Both the position numbers and the translations under genes were made by a program. From assembly GCA_902384525.1 (NCBI GenBank), contig CABMCA010000002.1:312-64311 (forward strand): 64,000 nucleotides of DNA. The letters are read 5' to 3'. This DNA is from an uncultured archaeon (GTDB lineage Archaea > Halobacteriota > Methanosarcinia > Methanosarcinales > Methanoperedenaceae). The notes beneath the pieces are model-generated. The model was not told the DNA's origin and did no database searches. It worked only from the letters and a program-made list of their open reading frames with translations. Of this stretch, positions 61,032 through 64,000 are shown piece after piece (position 1 is the stretch's first letter; every line of letters begins with the position of its first letter).

Positions 61032-61710
61032 AGAAACTAAGTAGAGTTCCGATTAAAACGTATTCTCCCACTCTCCTTGTTTCGCTGAATCTGAAAATGG
61101 ATTTTGCTGCTACCAATAAACCTATCGCTTCATATTGTTCTAAAAGAACAAAAGTAAGAATTAAAAAGCGTTCCAACCAGCCAATCCATCTTCCAGCTTT
61201 TTCTAAGCTCTCATCTTTAGGGTCTTTATTTTCGGTATCCTCTCTCCACTTTTCTGTTATTTTGCTGATTAATTTACTACTTGGCCAAAGTATGATGAGA
61301 TAAGCTGCTATGATAACCCATATTTTTATTCCTGGCAGAAAGATTTGTTCTAAAAAGTCTATATCCTCTGATTTTGGATTAACAATCAATATCCAGATAA
61401 CCAGAAGAATCATGAAATGCCCAAGCTGATCTAATAAGAAGGAGTGGATATTATTTTCATACTTTGCTTTTATTCCATCGATCAAAATGTGTGTGATGGC
61501 GACAACAATAGGAATCCAGATTAAACTCCACAGTCCGGTGAAAAAATATGCAAGGGTTCCAGCAATTATCCCATGTAAATAGAGATGTTTTGAGTGCCAA
61601 CCATCCTTAAACCTCTGGTTTACCCATGAATCGCTTTGAAATACAAAATCAGTAAGCAGATGTGCAATTATTAAACGAATAAGTAATGATATTTCCATTT
61701 GCGTGACCAT
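60970..61710 (-). CDS. DUF3307-family membrane protein
   Basis: AHLLTDFVFQ, HG, HILIDG.K, DQLGH, AGRWIGWLER, EYVLIGTLLS. Confidence 0.85.
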   Translation of the reverse strand: MVTQMEISLLIRLIIAHLLTDFVFQSDSWVNQRFKDGWHSKHLYLHGIIAGTLAYFFTGLWSLIWIPIVVAITHILIDGIKAKYENNIHSFLLDQLGHFMILLVIWILIVNPKSEDIDFLEQIFLPGIKIWVIIAAYLIILWPSSKLISKITEKWREDTENKDPKDESLEKAGRWIGWLERFLILTFVLLEQYEAIGLLVAAKSIFRFSETRRVGEYVLIGTLLSFSIAILVGLIASLFLQTFYFQ

Positions 61711-61759
61711 TATAAGCCCGTACCCTTATTTTGCATGATTATAAGACTCCAACCTTATA
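61711..61759. promoter_or_regulatory. Pair of TATAAG-N8-CTTAT palindromes between satD and DUF3307
   Basis: TATAAGCCCGTACCCTTATT (61711-61730) and TATAAGACTCCAACCTTATA (61740-61759). Confidence 0.8.
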
Positions 61760-62440
61760 TCGGATAATTACTTTAAAACGCTCTAAAAATCCCTGAACCG
61801 CCCGAAAGCCACCGGTTTTTAAACGCTGAGATAATGCTGGCTGGCTTATCTTCAGGATTTTAGCGATTATTTCTTGGGTTATTTCCTGTATTATAACTGG
61901 ATCTTGTGCGAGGAATTCTCTTTTCGGCAATTGATATGCAATTGCTTCAGCTTGTTCCTTTGTCCATCGTTGAATCAGCGCATCAAGTAGGGCACATTCT
62001 GTTCGTAATTCTTCATTTATCTCGGCCCATGGCGTCCTTACGATTATATTTTGTTCCCCTTTTTTCATTCTGTCAAGTTCCGGACCCGAATTTCTAAAAG
62101 CTTCACCGTCACCCTCTCCCACCTGATCTCTGGGTAGATAATCAATCGTTCCTATGCCAATGGCAATCCTGGCATCCAGATGTGTTCGTTTCCCCTTAAA
62201 CTTGGATAGTAAACTGGCACGAATAATTAATGCAGCCTTGAGAGCTTCCTCAGGGCTGGCTAATACTCCCTGAAAGCTATCTCCCCTAAAAACCACAAAG
62301 GGCGATTCAATAATTTCAGGTGAGATTTCTTGGAATGAATCTTTGAGATTTGATAGAACTTCCTCTCGTTGTTGTATTCTAAATCTTGAAGAACCAATTA
62401 AATCGCCGGTCAGAACCGCATATATTTTTCCAGTTTCCAT
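61739..62440 (-). CDS. SatD-family protein (cyclase-like palm domain plus C-terminal HTH)
   Basis: VLTGDLIGS, FRGDSFQ, RIAIGIG, GEAFRNSG; TQEIIAKILKISQPALSQRL HTH. Confidence 0.85.
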   Translation of the reverse strand: METGKIYAVLTGDLIGSSRFRIQQREEVLSNLKDSFQEISPEIIESPFVVFRGDSFQGVLASPEEALKAALIIRASLLSKFKGKRTHLDARIAIGIGTIDYLPRDQVGEGDGEAFRNSGPELDRMKKGEQNIIVRTPWAEINEELRTECALLDALIQRWTKEQAEAIAYQLPKREFLAQDPVIIQEITQEIIAKILKISQPALSQRLKTGGFRAVQGFLERFKVIIRYKVGVL

Positions 62441-62461
62441 AAGGACACCATGTGATTATAA

Positions 62462-62510
62462 TATAAGGCTACAACCTTATAATACCATATTATAAGTCTA
62501 TGGCCTTATA
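62462..62510. promoter_or_regulatory. Pair of TATAAG-N8-CTTAT palindromes upstream of satD
   Basis: TATAAGGCTACAACCTTATA (62462-62481) and TATAAGTCTATGGCCTTATA (62491-62510). Confidence 0.8.
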
Positions 62511-62644
62511 TTAACCTTTTCATCCTTTGGGCTTTTGAAAAAAAATAGTCCTGCAACACGTTAAGGAAAGTGATCGAGATGAAAATATCTGCAATTTAAA
62601 AACGGCGCAAAGTATATCTTATATAATTAAGCAGTTAAGACGTT

Positions 62645-63541
62645 ATGCAACTTGAAAATCTCAGACACGGCACTGAACTTTTAAAACGCGGTTTTGCAAA
62701 AATGCAAAAAGGCGGCGTCATTATGGATGTTACAACACCCGAAGAAGCAATTATTGCAGAAAAAGCCGGCGCTGTGGCTGTCATGGCGCTGCACCAGGTT
62801 CCTGCGGATATACGAAAATCCGGGGGAGTTGCCAGGATGGCTGACCCACAGGTTATTGCGGCAATTATTGATGCTGTGACCATACCTGTTATGGCAAAGG
62901 CAAGGATAGGGCATTTTGTTGAGGCCGAGATAATTGAAGCGCTGGGCGTTGACATGGTAGATGAGTCTGAGGTCCTGACACCGGCAGATGAGATGTACCA
63001 TATCGATAAAACAAAATTCACAATACCTTTCGTTTGCGGAGCCCGGGACCTCGGAGAAGCGCTTCGAAGGATCAACGAAGGCGCAGCGATGATAAGAACA
63101 AAAGGTGAAGCTGGAACTGGCGATGTGAAAGAAGCAGTCCGGCATATGCGTGCCATCATGGGTACTGTGCGGGAGCTAAAAGGCAAAGACTCAGAGGAAT
63201 TGATAGCAGTTGCCCGGAAAATAGAAGCGCCAATTGAGCTTGTAAAAGAGACTGCACAGCTCCAGAGACTTCCTGTCGTGAACTTCGCAGCTGGCGGAAT
63301 AGCTACGCCGGCAGATGCGGCTCTAATGATGCGCCTCGGGGCAGACGGTGTTTTTGTGGGTTCAGGGATCTTTAAGGCAGAAAATCCCGAAAAGATGGCT
63401 TCTGCAATTGTCGAAGCTGTGAATAATTATGATAACGCTTCCGAGCTTGCCAGGATATCAAAGGGGCTTGGCGGTGTAATGAAAGGTATTGATATAAGGA
63501 GTTTATCTGATAAGGAAGTTCTCCAGTCAAGAGGATGGTAA
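62645..63541 (+). CDS. pdxS: Pyridoxal 5'-phosphate synthase lyase subunit
   Basis: [49 protein letters not shown]. Confidence 0.96.
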   Translation: MQLENLRHGTELLKRGFAKMQKGGVIMDVTTPEEAIIAEKAGAVAVMALHQVPADIRKSGGVARMADPQVIAAIIDAVTIPVMAKARIGHFVEAEIIEALGVDMVDESEVLTPADEMYHIDKTKFTIPFVCGARDLGEALRRINEGAAMIRTKGEAGTGDVKEAVRHMRAIMGTVRELKGKDSEELIAVARKIEAPIELVKETAQLQRLPVVNFAAGGIATPADAALMMRLGADGVFVGSGIFKAENPEKMASAIVEAVNNYDNASELARISKGLGGVMKGIDIRSLSDKEVLQSRGW

Positions 63542-63796
63542 AGTCTTCCAGAAAAGCTTTATTCATTTATTGTAATATATCTTATTTATCAAGCTGCTTT
63601 TTGCCAGGATAATTGTATCAATGGGTGCAGACTTTATTGTTGCATCCTTATAGAAGAAATTGGGTTTCTCATGCTTTTATGCAGCAGCATTGTCATTATA
63701 ATAATCATTTTATTTACCAAATATGTATATAAATGATTATGATCATACTAATTATTGATAAGTCCGAGAAAAAGATAATAAAATCCAGAGGAGATC

Positions 63797-63913
63797 ATGA
63801 CCCAAAACAATAACGAAAAGATAACAGAGAAGACTGAAAGAATGACTGAGGAGCAGGAACATAATAAGGAAAGAACAGGAAGATTTTTACCTATCTTTTT
63901 CTGGACAGATTGA
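63797..63913 (+). CDS. Possible 38-aa peptide
   Basis: GAGGAG RBS; MTQNNNEKITEKTERMTEEQEHNKERTGRFLPIFFWTD. Confidence 0.4.
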   Translation: MTQNNNEKITEKTERMTEEQEHNKERTGRFLPIFFWTD

Positions 63914-63936
63914 GTTGATAAACGAAGGAGATTCAT

Positions 63937-64000
63937 ATGAATGAAAACAAAATACAAAAAACCGATCAACAAGATATGAATCTGAGGATTGCCCCGAAAT
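63937..64000 (+). CDS. Start of an ORF running off the window
   Basis: AAGGAGA RBS; MNENKIQKTDQQDMNLRIAPK... Confidence 0.45.
   Translation, partial: MNENKIQKTDQQDMNLRIAPK

Noticed and set aside
61711-62510. Chromosomal dif site
   Set aside because: The ATAA...TTAT spacing is 10 bp rather than the 6 bp of dif sites, and there are four copies tied to gene starts; operators are more parsimonious.

Overview
Archaeal chromosomal segment from a Methanosarcinales-type methanogen or anaerobic methanotroph. The best guess is Ca. Methanoperedens-like, inferred from methanogenesis marker protein 2, CofC, TiaS, thermosome, TBP, RPA, eL15/eS6, the archaeal isoprenoid cluster, a UbiD/UbiA pair and bacterial-type grpE-dnaK and clpB. 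The housekeeping backbone includes an iron-uptake operon (ftr1-dtxR-feoB-small Cys protein) with DtxR-type operators, SRP RNA, nadE, mvk-ipk-fni-rnj-idsA, purD, nth, pdxS and tRNA-His. AT-rich accessory patches interrupt it: (i) a NucS-like endonuclease with an unassigned N-terminal domain at 9.7 kb; (ii) methyltransferase-DUF1848-MNT-Fic (amber-split) at 13.9-17.6 kb; (iii) GmrSD, RHH, ParB, an IS481 with a 15-bp TSD, tRNA-His and a XerA-like recombinase, with dispersed ~27-bp-period CGTWACG box arrays and MsvR-like boxes, at 36.3 and 43.6-50.6 kb; (iv) a RelBE-like TA pair, an RHH gene and a SatD-DUF3307 pair at 59.7-62.5 kb. The strongest candidate for an undescribed system is the SatD (nucleotide-cyclase-like palm plus HTH) and DUF3307 (membrane His/Asp-motif protein) pair. 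Each of its two genes is preceded by two TATAAG-N8-CTTAT palindromes exactly 29 bp apart. All family assignments are from motif recognition only; no database searches were run.
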